DNA of 20,000 bases. It comes from an uncultured virus (IMG/VR IMGVR_UViG_3300034418_003293). Lineage: Duplodnaviria > Heunggongvirae > Uroviricota > Caudoviricetes. A program made the position numbers and the translations under genes. Position 1 is the stretch's first letter; each line of letters begins with the position of its first letter. The notes under the pieces are model-generated. The model made no database searches. It was given only the letters and a program-made list of their open reading frames with translations, and was not told where the DNA came from. Below are positions 8,245-16,703 of this stretch, in pieces. The DNA is taken from the IMG/VR virus record IMGVR_UViG_3300034418_003293; one strand, 5' to 3'.

Positions 8245-8336
8245 TGCCGTGGCCATCAAAGAATAGACCAAGAAAAGGTCGTAGAAAGATTGGATCTAAT
8301 AAAAGAAAGAATATGAGAAAAAATCGTAAGAAGTGA
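8244..8336 (+). CDS. Highly basic 30-aa peptide; not in ORF track
   Basis: GGAGG RBS at 8231-8235 and TAATG coupling to primase. MPWPSKNRPRKGRRKIGSNKRKNMRKNRKK fills the gap to thyX. Confidence 0.65.
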   Translation: MPWPSKNRPRKGRRKIGSNKRKNMRKNRKK

Positions 8337-8343
8337 GGTATGA

Positions 8344-9003
8344 ATGAAATATTTTGATTATAGTACACGATTGGTTTCTATGACCGAACCGTTGATTGAT
8401 GACGTAAATACATCCGAGGAACTTGTAGCATTCTGTGCAAGAGTTTCAAATCCAACAAATCAAACAAACAACGAGACCGCAGGAAAACTTCTATCTTATT
8501 GTAAAAAGAATTCTCATTGGTCTATCTTTGAGATGGTAGACGCAACAATTGAGATTAAGTGTACAAGAGATATTGGTAGACAGATTCTGCGGCATCGGTC
8601 TTTCAGTTTTCAAGAATTTAGTCAGCGATATGCTGAAGCACAGGATTTTACATGGAGGGAACCAAGACTACAAGATACAAAGAATAGACAGAATAGTCTA
8701 GAAGGAGTAGACAAAGACACTAGAGATGCATGGCAATTGATACAGACAAATGCCTTAGTTCAGGCCAAGAAAGATTATCAATGGGCATTGAATATGGGTA
8801 TTGCTAAAGAAGTAGCAAGGTCTATTTTACCAGAAGGGCTCACGATGTCTACAATGTATATGAAGGGTTCTCTTCGTTCTTGGATTCATTATTGTGATCT
8901 TCGTATGGGTAATGGTACACAAAAAGAACACAGATTAATCGCAGAAAGTTGTTGGCAACTACTATCCGAGAAGTTTCCAACCGTATTTTTAGAGGGAAAT
9001 TAA
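8344..9003 (+). CDS. thyX: FAD-dependent thymidylate synthase
   Basis: ThyX signature RHRSFSFQEFSQRY, plus HWSIFE, AKEVARSILP and TQKEHR. Confidence 0.97.
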   Translation: MKYFDYSTRLVSMTEPLIDDVNTSEELVAFCARVSNPTNQTNNETAGKLLSYCKKNSHWSIFEMVDATIEIKCTRDIGRQILRHRSFSFQEFSQRYAEAQDFTWREPRLQDTKNRQNSLEGVDKDTRDAWQLIQTNALVQAKKDYQWALNMGIAKEVARSILPEGLTMSTMYMKGSLRSWIHYCDLRMGNGTQKEHRLIAESCWQLLSEKFPTVFLEGN

Positions 9004-10932
9004 ATGCAAAATCATCTTCCAACCGAATATCAACAGTTTATTCATCTATCACGTTATTCACGTTTTATGTGGGATCAGGGTAGACGTGAGAGTTGGACCG
9101 AGACAGTAGGTCGTTATTTTGATTTCTTTGAAGAAGATCTACAAGACAAACATAATTTTAAGTTAAGTAAGAAGGATAGAGACGAACTAGAAGATGCTGT
9201 ATTAGATCAAAAGGTAATGCCCTCTATGCGATGCCTTATGACTGCTGGACCAGCATTGAAGAAAGAGAATGTTGCCGGTTATAACTGTTCATATCTTGCG
9301 ATTGACCGTGTTCAAGCGTTTGATGAATTATTGTATATTCTTATGAATGGTACTGGTGTAGGATTCTCAGTAGAACGCCAGTTTGTTACTAAACTCCCCA
9401 TTGTTGCCGAAGATTTCTTTGATTCGGATGTAGTAATCACAGTAGCAGATTCTAAGATTGGTTGGGCAAAGGCACTCAAGGAACTTATTGCTCTTCTCTA
9501 TCAGGGTCAAGTACCTTCTTGGGATACCTCTAAGGTACGTCCGGCTGGAGCACCATTAAAGACTTTTGGTGGGCGCGCATCTGGTCCAGAACCACTTGAA
9601 GATCTTTTCAAGTTTGTAACCTCAATTTTCCGTGGAGCTGCTGGTCGTCGTTTATCTTCGCTTGAATGTCATGATATCGTATGTAAGATTGCTGAGATTG
9701 TAGTTGTAGGCGGTGTTCGTCGTAGTGCTCTTATCTCACTATCTAATCTATCTGATGATCGTATGAGACACGCAAAAGCCGGTCAGTGGTGGGAACAAAA
9801 TCCACAAAGAGCACTTTCAAATAACTCAGCATGTTATACAGAGAAGCCTGATATCGGTATCTTTATGGAAGAATGGTTATCCCTATATAATTCTAAGTCT
9901 GGTGAACGTGGACTATTCAATCGTGAATCTGCAAAGAAGCAGGTAGCAAAGACAGGTCGTAGAGATGTAGATCATGAGTTTGGTACTAATCCATGTTCAG
10001 AGATTATTCTGAGAGACCGTGAGTTTTGTAATCTTTCAGAAGTTGTGATTCGTTCTACAGATAGTCTAGAAACACTAAAGGAAAAGGTACGTCTTGCTAC
10101 TATTCTTGGAACGTTTCAGTCAACATTGACAAACTTTAGATATCTATCAAAGAAGTGGAAAGAGAATTGTGAAGAAGAACGTCTTTTGGGTGTTTCATTA
10201 ACAGGGATTATGGACAATGATCTTACAAATGGAAAGAGTGAGAAGAAAGGTAACATTAAGACTCATCAAGTTCTACAGGAACTTAAAACCGTCGCAATCG
10301 AAACAAACAAAGAGTGGTCTAAGAAAATTGGTATCCCACAGTCAGTTTCGGTTACTTGTGTTAAGCCTAGCGGTACTGTTAGTCAACTTGTTGATGCTGC
10401 CAGTGGCATTCATGCACGACATAATCCTTACTATATACGGACGGTGCGTGGAGATAAAAAAGACCCTCTGGCGATCATGATGAGAGATGTTGGTTTTCCT
10501 GTTGAAGATGATGTAATGAAACCAGAACATACTTATGTGTTTTCATTTCCAATGAAGTCACCGGATAGTTCTGTGTTTCGAACTGATATGTCTGCAATTG
10601 AACAGTTGGAACTATGGAAGACTTATCAAGACGCTTGGTGTGAACATAAACCTTCTGTAACTATTTCTGTCAAAGAACATGAGTGGTTAGAGGTTGGTGC
10701 GTGGTGTTATGAAAATTTTGATTATATGTCCGGTGTATCATTCTTACCATTTTCTGATCACACATATCGTCAAGCACCATATCAAGATTGTACTGAAAAC
10801 GAATATCAACAACTACTAGAGAAGATGCCAAAGAATGTGGATTGGACTCTTCTACAGAATTATGAGACAACTGATCTAACACTTGGAGCGCAGGAAATGG
10901 CTTGCGCCGCTGGAGGATGTGAAATTATTTAA
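9004..10932 (+). CDS. nrdJ: Class II (adenosylcobalamin-dependent) ribonucleotide reductase
   Basis: MPSMR, YNCS, GGVRRSA, TNPCSEI, VKPSGT and C-terminal CAAGGC; 642 aa; no nrdB adjacent; N-terminus YQQFIHLSRYSR typical of phage RTPR-type NrdJ. Confidence 0.88.
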   Translation: MQNHLPTEYQQFIHLSRYSRFMWDQGRRESWTETVGRYFDFFEEDLQDKHNFKLSKKDRDELEDAVLDQKVMPSMRCLMTAGPALKKENVAGYNCSYLAIDRVQAFDELLYILMNGTGVGFSVERQFVTKLPIVAEDFFDSDVVITVADSKIGWAKALKELIALLYQGQVPSWDTSKVRPAGAPLKTFGGRASGPEPLEDLFKFVTSIFRGAAGRRLSSLECHDIVCKIAEIVVVGGVRRSALISLSNLSDDRMRHAKAGQWWEQNPQRALSNNSACYTEKPDIGIFMEEWLSLYNSKSGERGLFNRESAKKQVAKTGRRDVDHEFGTNPCSEIILRDREFCNLSEVVIRSTDSLETLKEKVRLATILGTFQSTLTNFRYLSKKWKENCEEERLLGVSLTGIMDNDLTNGKSEKKGNIKTHQVLQELKTVAIETNKEWSKKIGIPQSVSVTCVKPSGTVSQLVDAASGIHARHNPYYIRTVRGDKKDPLAIMMRDVGFPVEDDVMKPEHTYVFSFPMKSPDSSVFRTDMSAIEQLELWKTYQDAWCEHKPSVTISVKEHEWLEVGAWCYENFDYMSGVSFLPFSDHTYRQAPYQDCTENEYQQLLEKMPKNVDWTLLQNYETTDLTLGAQEMACAAGGCEII

Positions 10933-10959
10933 AAGATTAAAGGTAACTCGGAGTATCAA

Positions 10960-11124
10960 ATGGAAACGATAACATGTGAGGAGTGCGGAGCAGAATTTGA
11001 TATACAACATAATGAAATGAATAAGGTCGTATACTGCCCATTCTGCGGAGAAGTCATACAACAAAATGAAGATTTTGATGAATGGGCAGAAGACCAAGAA
11101 TTTTGGGATGAAGAAGACGAATAA
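10960..11124 (+). CDS. 54-aa zinc-ribbon protein with acidic tail; not in ORF track
   Basis: GGAG RBS. METITCEECGAEF..VVYCPFCGE..EDFDEWAEDQEFWDEEDE; TAATG coupling to the next gene. Confidence 0.8.
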   Translation: METITCEECGAEFDIQHNEMNKVVYCPFCGEVIQQNEDFDEWAEDQEFWDEEDE

Positions 11125-11531
11125 TGTATGATAATCCTTGGATGTACCAAGGAGAAGTATTTGATGAGAATTTAGTTGACAGGTATCATGGTTTCGTTTA
11201 TTGTATTACTTGCCCCGATGGTAGAAAATATATTGGTAGAAAGACATTTTGGTTCATGAGAAAAACTCGTGGGGCGAAGCGGCGTAGTCGTATCGAAAGT
11301 GATTGGCGTGATTATTATGGTTCCAGTGATGTTGTGAAAGATCTTATAAATCAATCTGAGACAAGTAATTTTCAAAGAGAGATACTATCATTACATAAGA
11401 CTAAAGGTGAAATGAACTATACTGAAGTTAAAGAGCAGTTTCAGAGAAATGTTTTAGAATCGTCGGAATATCTCAATGATAACATCAATGGCCGGTATTT
11501 TAAGTCGAGAGTGGAGAAATGGTTAGAATAA
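11124..11531 (+). CDS. Short GIY-YIG family endonuclease (135 aa)
   Basis: GFVYCIT..KYIGRK, YYGSS, FQREIL, conserved Glu helix (NYTEVKEQ) and YLNDNI. Confidence 0.8.
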   Translation: MYDNPWMYQGEVFDENLVDRYHGFVYCITCPDGRKYIGRKTFWFMRKTRGAKRRSRIESDWRDYYGSSDVVKDLINQSETSNFQREILSLHKTKGEMNYTEVKEQFQRNVLESSEYLNDNINGRYFKSRVEKWLE

Positions 11532-11553
11532 TGTTGATGAAATGGAGCTGAAT

Positions 11554-12102
11554 ATGCAAAATGAATTGCCAGATCATTTGGGTGGTCAAAATGGTAGGAG
11601 TTGGACGGATGATGGATCGCTTAATATTATGTGGAATCTTGGTTGCCGAAAGATGCTTGATGTCGGCTGCGGATTTGGAGGTCAAGTTAAATTAGCAGAA
11701 TCTCTTGGATGGGAATCTTATGGCGTTGATGGTGATTGGACAGTCCTTCCTAAAGAATCCAATTTTCATTTAAATGATTATACAAAAGGAAGTCCTACTT
11801 TAACTTATGAAGTTGATTTAATTTGGTGTGTAGAATTTTTAGAGCATGTAGAAGAAAAGTATATGGACAACTATATGTCTACATTTCAAGATAGTAAAGC
11901 AAAATATCTTATCGTCACCCATGCTGTACCAGGACAAGCCGGTCATCACCATGTTAACTGTCAAGAGGAAGATTACTGGCTAGATGCTTTCAAAAGATAT
12001 GGATTTGAATATGATGAAACACTTACTAAACAAATTCGAGAAGAATCTACTATGAAAAAACCTTTTGTTGCCAGAACAGGATTAGTATTTAAGAGGAGTT
12101 AA
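11554..12102 (+). CDS. Class I SAM-dependent methyltransferase
   Basis: MLDVGCGFG, GVDG, DLIWCVEFLEHVE, PGQAGHHHVNCQ..YW. ATG 11554 has a GGAG RBS (alternative start 11542). Confidence 0.88.
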   Translation: MQNELPDHLGGQNGRSWTDDGSLNIMWNLGCRKMLDVGCGFGGQVKLAESLGWESYGVDGDWTVLPKESNFHLNDYTKGSPTLTYEVDLIWCVEFLEHVEEKYMDNYMSTFQDSKAKYLIVTHAVPGQAGHHHVNCQEEDYWLDAFKRYGFEYDETLTKQIREESTMKKPFVARTGLVFKRS

Positions 12103-12104
12103 TA

Positions 12105-12977
12105 ATGTTGTATAATGATGTATATAAAAGTTCTCATAAAACTCTTGATAGGTATCCTCTAAATGATGTAGATTTAACTGAGAAAGGTATTCATCTATAT
12201 AGAAAACTTCAGGCAGAAATTAAACACTTTCAAAGATTAAAACAAGTTGACAAAGAGAACTTAGACTATTATAATGTAGGATTAATAGTTCATAAAGGAT
12301 TTGTTGGTTCTAGTGTTGACGTTGAAAGGGCTTTAAAAGAATTCGAAAATTTCGAGGTAGCGGTATCTAAAAATTCTAACAATATTCTTTCAATGAATAG
12401 AGATAAGTCTAGATTATTATATAATATATCATTACTAATCTATCCCCACATTTATAAACTTATTGGAGGAGATGAGCGAGAAGTAGAAACCAAGTTCAGA
12501 AATAACACATTTGCTCAAATCGTAAGAAATAGACCAGGAGATGACGATCATCAAAAATTAATGCATCTAGATACATACTTTCCTGCAATCAAGTTTTGGT
12601 GGTTTCCAAAGAAAGTCGATGATGGTCCATTAATGTTTGCTAAGGGTAGTACAAAATCAAACGAAAAAATGCAGATGTGGTATTATCAACAAAGTGTAAA
12701 AGCGTGTAAAAAAGAATACGAAGAGTGGAGAGCAAAAGATCATTATGAAGGATCGTTTAGAGTAAGTGAAGAAGAATTACAAGAGATGGGTTATGAAATG
12801 GAACCCATCTACGTAAACGAAGATACATTAGTTATTGCTAATGTTGGTGGTTTTCATTCTAGAGGTAATACAAAAGAATTGAATAGAAGAGTTGCTATTC
12901 ATGGCAGTGTAAGATTAGATAATCCATTGGGAGATACAATATATGTTAAAGATATACTCAAAAGTTTATCCAGATAA
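12105..12977 (+). CDS. 2OG-Fe(II) dioxygenase, PhyH-like
   Basis: HxD motif (MHLDTY), GPLMFAKGS, distal His (GFHSRG) and a downstream Arg. Confidence 0.7.
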   Translation: MLYNDVYKSSHKTLDRYPLNDVDLTEKGIHLYRKLQAEIKHFQRLKQVDKENLDYYNVGLIVHKGFVGSSVDVERALKEFENFEVAVSKNSNNILSMNRDKSRLLYNISLLIYPHIYKLIGGDEREVETKFRNNTFAQIVRNRPGDDDHQKLMHLDTYFPAIKFWWFPKKVDDGPLMFAKGSTKSNEKMQMWYYQQSVKACKKEYEEWRAKDHYEGSFRVSEEELQEMGYEMEPIYVNEDTLVIANVGGFHSRGNTKELNRRVAIHGSVRLDNPLGDTIYVKDILKSLSR

Positions 12978-13365
12978 GTTATGTCATATGGTATATCGTT
13001 CTGACGATTTAACAGAGAATAGAGAAGATGTTGCACCAGAAGATCAATTTATTCAAGTCTCGGCTTTAAAATTAGAAGCAGGAAAGACGTTTCGACCACA
13101 TAGACACATTTGGAAAAATGCCCCTAGAAAACAAGTTGTCGCTCAAGAATCTTGGTGTGTTATGGAAGGTAAAGTAAAAGCACATTTCTATGACGTGGAT
13201 GATACTATTTTAGAAGAAATTGTTTTAAATTCAGGAGATATTTCACTTACGTTTGAAGGTGGTCACACATACACAATTTTAGAAAACGCTAAAGTTTATG
13301 AATACAAAACTGGTCCATATGAAGGTGTAGAAAAGGACAAGGTATTTTTAAATGGGGACGTATAA
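12943..13365 (+). CDS. Cupin-fold protein (WbuC-like sugar isomerase/epimerase)
   Basis: PHRH..QESWCVMEG, GGHTY, EYKTGPY..DK, a cupin type common in O-antigen clusters. Confidence 0.75.
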   Translation: MLKIYSKVYPDKLCHMVYRSDDLTENREDVAPEDQFIQVSALKLEAGKTFRPHRHIWKNAPRKQVVAQESWCVMEGKVKAHFYDVDDTILEEIVLNSGDISLTFEGGHTYTILENAKVYEYKTGPYEGVEKDKVFLNGDV

Positions 13366-14041
13366 CGTTCGTGGTGGACTAGGCACTCAAATACTATCAC
13401 TTTATACATGTTATGCCATAGCTAAAGAAAATAATACAACAGTAAATAAAATATTGTTTAACACTGGTGGTTATTGGCAAAATTCAGATATTATAATGGA
13501 TGAAGATCGTATCTTTTTCGACGACTTTTTGACGTTCAAAAAAAGACCAGAAATTACTACGGTGATTGGTACTAATAAAACCAATCCTTTCAAAGAACCT
13601 AATGTTTCTCTCTTACTTAAATGGTGGGAAAATATTAATGAATCTGAAGTTAGTTTAAATTTGAACGGTTGTGATTATGTTAATTCTGGTAAAACTGTGA
13701 TTCATGTCAGACAATCAGATAGACCTTTGATACCAATTGAAGTATATGATGAAGAAATTAGATATCATAAAAATCCTATTATATTATCTGAAGACAAATC
13801 TGTACATAAAAGATATGGTATTACACCAACAAACGATACTATAAAAGATTGGATGACTATATATCAAGCGCATACTGTTATTGGAGGATTTTCTTCTTTT
13901 GCATTACTTGCTGGTATGTGGAACCCAAGTCTAAATGTTTATTTCTTTAATAAACTTTTGGCAAATCCAAATGTATCATTCGATGTCTGGAATATTATAC
14001 ATAAATTTGTAGAAAAATTCCCTAACATTAATTGGACATAA
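13352..14041 (+). CDS. Glycosyltransferase, GT11 (alpha-1,2-fucosyltransferase)-like
   Basis: N-terminal GGLGTQ (cf. GGLGNQ), IHVRQSD (cf. HVRRGD), ILSED and SSFALLAG (cf. STFSWW). Confidence 0.7.
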   Translation: MGTYNVRGGLGTQILSLYTCYAIAKENNTTVNKILFNTGGYWQNSDIIMDEDRIFFDDFLTFKKRPEITTVIGTNKTNPFKEPNVSLLLKWWENINESEVSLNLNGCDYVNSGKTVIHVRQSDRPLIPIEVYDEEIRYHKNPIILSEDKSVHKRYGITPTNDTIKDWMTIYQAHTVIGGFSSFALLAGMWNPSLNVYFFNKLLANPNVSFDVWNIIHKFVEKFPNINWT

Positions 14042-14059
14042 TATAATGGAGTCTTAAAA

Positions 14060-14698
14060 ATGAAAACTGTTTTGATACTCGGTGGCAGTGGTGGTATCGG
14101 TAAAGTTTTAACAAAAATTATGAAGGATAAATATAATGTTACATCTTTATCATCTAAAAATTTAGATGTAAGAAATCGTAAAGAATGTGATATATATTTT
14201 AAAACAAATCATTTTGATATTGTAGTAAACTTGGCAGCGTATAATGCTAATGGTTTTACACATAGCATTGGATACATTGATACTGCCAATCAAGTAGATA
14301 CAAACGTTTGGGGTACTCTAAATGTAGTTCAACTTTGTTTGAAACATTTTATGAGAGAACGTGGTGGTAATATTATTCTCGCCTCTTCTATTCTAGCGGA
14401 TAAAGCTCAAGTAGGAACTTCTATATATTCAGCAACAAAGGGATTTATAGAATCATATGTTCGTACCGTTGCCGCAGAAAATTTTAATAAGAATGTTTAT
14501 ATAAACGCTATTCAGTTGGGATACTTTGAAAAAGGTCTAACAGAAACTATTAGTGAAGATATTCAACAAGAGATAATGAAGAATATTCCCGCCAGACGAT
14601 GGGGTAGAATTGAAGAAGTGTACAACACAATTGAATATATATTAAATACTAGTTATGTTTCTGGTCAAACACTTCGCATTAATGGCGGTCTGTTATGA
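14060..14698 (+). CDS. Classical short-chain dehydrogenase/reductase (FabG-like)
   Basis: GGSGGIG, NLAA, ASS, YSATK, INAIQLG, IPARRWG and SGQTLRINGG. Confidence 0.9.
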   Translation: MKTVLILGGSGGIGKVLTKIMKDKYNVTSLSSKNLDVRNRKECDIYFKTNHFDIVVNLAAYNANGFTHSIGYIDTANQVDTNVWGTLNVVQLCLKHFMRERGGNIILASSILADKAQVGTSIYSATKGFIESYVRTVAAENFNKNVYINAIQLGYFEKGLTETISEDIQQEIMKNIPARRWGRIEEVYNTIEYILNTSYVSGQTLRINGGLL

Positions 14699-15207
14699 AT
14701 CCTGAATTAGTAGATCATGGTTCATTTTGTAAGTATAAAATAGAATCAACGTTTGGAGATTACGTTGTTCTAGATTATAACGTATTTTCTTCTGTTATTA
14801 TGGATATTGGTGACTGGGTTCATATTGCTCCACAGGTTGTTATTATCGGTGGCAGGACTTCCAAGCTTGTTATGGGTCATTTTAGTGGTATCAGTGCTGG
14901 CGGCAAAGTTATTTGTGGTGGAGATGATTTTGCTTCTGGCTCTCTTATGAATCCACAAGTACCTAGTAAGTACCGAATTTCAAATATAACTACAGTAACA
15001 TTCGAGCCATTTTCTTGTATTGGTGTTAATAGTGTTGTTATGCCTGGAATTACTCTAGGTGAAGGAGCAGTAGTAGGTTCAAACTCGACTCTTACTAAAG
15101 ATGCCGAACCATGGACAATCTATGTAGGCAGTCCTGCAAGACCTATAAAGAAAAGACCAAACGAACTTGCTTATAAGTATGCTAGGGAGTTAGGTTATGA
15201 CTTTTAA
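14695..15207 (+). CDS. Hexapeptide-repeat (left-handed beta-helix) acyl/acetyltransferase
   Basis: IGDWVHIAP, IGVNSVVMPGITLGEGAVVGSNS..KD and GSPARPIK. Confidence 0.9.
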   Translation: MNPELVDHGSFCKYKIESTFGDYVVLDYNVFSSVIMDIGDWVHIAPQVVIIGGRTSKLVMGHFSGISAGGKVICGGDDFASGSLMNPQVPSKYRISNITTVTFEPFSCIGVNSVVMPGITLGEGAVVGSNSTLTKDAEPWTIYVGSPARPIKKRPNELAYKYARELGYDF

Positions 15208-15997
15208 TAAATTCTGGAATAGTGAAGGTTATGATATCATTGATTTGGAGTTGACTGATGCCGAAATTAATGGTATAAATGATGATGTAACAAACATTCT
15301 AGCACTAGAGAATAAGACGATTCAATCTGACCATTATCAATATACACAGTGGCCCAGATTATTTGAAGCGTGGAAAAAGAGTAGAAATATCGCCAATCTC
15401 TGTATGAATGAAAAAATACTTCGTCATCTAGAAAATTGGTATATGAAGAAGGCATTTCCGTTTTCTACAATCAATTTTACAGGTCCATCTAATCAACCAC
15501 TACATAGCGATTGTATTCATTTTCATACCATACCAGAGAGAATGATGATTGGTGTATGGGTTGCTTTAGAAGATGCGACTATAGAGAATGGTGCTTTGTC
15601 TGTAGTTCCAGGTAGTCACGACTGGGATATATATAACTATGAATCTCTAGGTCTTCCACATCCAGACGATATAGAGAATGGTGAAGAGATAAACTATAGA
15701 GAATATGAGAAGTTTATAGAGCATCTTGTTTTGATAAAAAAAGGAAAGAGAACTCCTGTTCCCGTGAAAAAAGGTGAAGCGATTATATGGGAAGCAAATC
15801 TTCTACATGGCGGTACATTTACGCCACACAAAGATAAAACAAGAAAAGCACAGGCGATACACTACTTCTTTGAGGGGTGTTCTGAGTACTATCATCCAAT
15901 GTTCTCTAGACCTAGCGAAGGTAAGTATGCTAAAAAATGGTGTAACGAGTATTATAATATAAGAACATATCTGGAGGATATTGATGGTAGAATATAA
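15197..15997 (+). CDS. Phytanoyl-CoA dioxygenase (PhyH) family 2OG-Fe(II) oxygenase
   Basis: QPLHSDCIHF, GVWVALED..ENGALSVVPGSH, KGEAIIW..LLHGG and TRKA. Confidence 0.9.
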   Translation: MTFNKFWNSEGYDIIDLELTDAEINGINDDVTNILALENKTIQSDHYQYTQWPRLFEAWKKSRNIANLCMNEKILRHLENWYMKKAFPFSTINFTGPSNQPLHSDCIHFHTIPERMMIGVWVALEDATIENGALSVVPGSHDWDIYNYESLGLPHPDDIENGEEINYREYEKFIEHLVLIKKGKRTPVPVKKGEAIIWEANLLHGGTFTPHKDKTRKAQAIHYFFEGCSEYYHPMFSRPSEGKYAKKWCNEYYNIRTYLEDIDGRI

Positions 15998-16703
15998 CGC
16001 ATGGCCAATAGGACAACTACCTAAACATTTACAAAGACCAGAGCTAGACCAAATTAGAGAACTCGGTTACGATTGGAAAGATCCACGCGATGTAGTAGAT
16101 ATGTTTGAAAAAAAAGTTGCCAAATACGCAGGATCAAAGTACGCGGTTTCTGTAGACTGCTGTTCGCACGGTATCTTTCTAGCATTACAATGTATAAAAA
16201 GACACAGAAAAAATATATCAACTATTACTATTCCTAAACACACATATGTTTCAGTACCTCAACAGATAATACATGCTGGATTTAAAGTAAAATTAGAAGA
16301 TAGAGAATGGTCAGGTATATATCAGTTAAAACCTTATAGGATATGGGATGGAGCTACTCGTTGGCAAAGAGATATGTATATGGGTGGATTTCATATCGTT
16401 TCTTTTCAATTAAAGAAACGAGTACCTATTGGTAGAGGTGGTATGATTTTACTTGACAATAAGAACGAATACGAGTATCTTAAAAAGATTAGATACGATG
16501 GTAGAGATTTAGATGGTAAATATGATGAAGATTCCTTTGAATACTTGGGATGGCATTATTATATGACACCAGAAGACGCCGCTCGTGGTATCATTATTAT
16601 GGACCAGATTCCTGAATATAATGACGATAGTGGTGATTGGAAGAATTATCCTGATTTATCAAAAGCGAGGTTTTTTAATGAAAGCGTTAATTACAGGTAT
16701 TAG
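15984..16703 (+). CDS. Short DegT/DnrJ/EryC1/StrS-family PLP-dependent sugar aminotransferase
   Basis: FEKKVAKYAGSKYAVSVDCCSHG, SFQLKK..IGRGG (PLP Lys), RYDGR and GWHYYMT; GGAGG RBS before ATG 15984. Confidence 0.85.
   Translation: MVEYNAWPIGQLPKHLQRPELDQIRELGYDWKDPRDVVDMFEKKVAKYAGSKYAVSVDCCSHGIFLALQCIKRHRKNISTITIPKHTYVSVPQQIIHAGFKVKLEDREWSGIYQLKPYRIWDGATRWQRDMYMGGFHIVSFQLKKRVPIGRGGMILLDNKNEYEYLKKIRYDGRDLDGKYDEDSFEYLGWHYYMTPEDAARGIIIMDQIPEYNDDSGDWKNYPDLSKARFFNESVNYRY

Noticed and set aside
11124..11531. Mobile homing endonuclease or intron
   Set aside because: No extra DNA-binding domain, and the flanking nrdJ and thyX are uninterrupted; not called as a mobile element.
12105..12977. TET/JBP DNA base oxygenase call
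   Set aside because: The motif layout looks PhyH-like, and no DNA cytosine methyltransferase or hydroxymethylase is seen in the window.
14042..14047. TATAAT upstream of the SDR gene
   Set aside because: No -35 element at proper spacing; expected by chance in AT-rich DNA.
16585..16677. N-terminal extension of gmd
   Set aside because: Gmd begins at MKALITG (ATG 16678); the extension lies inside the aminotransferase gene.
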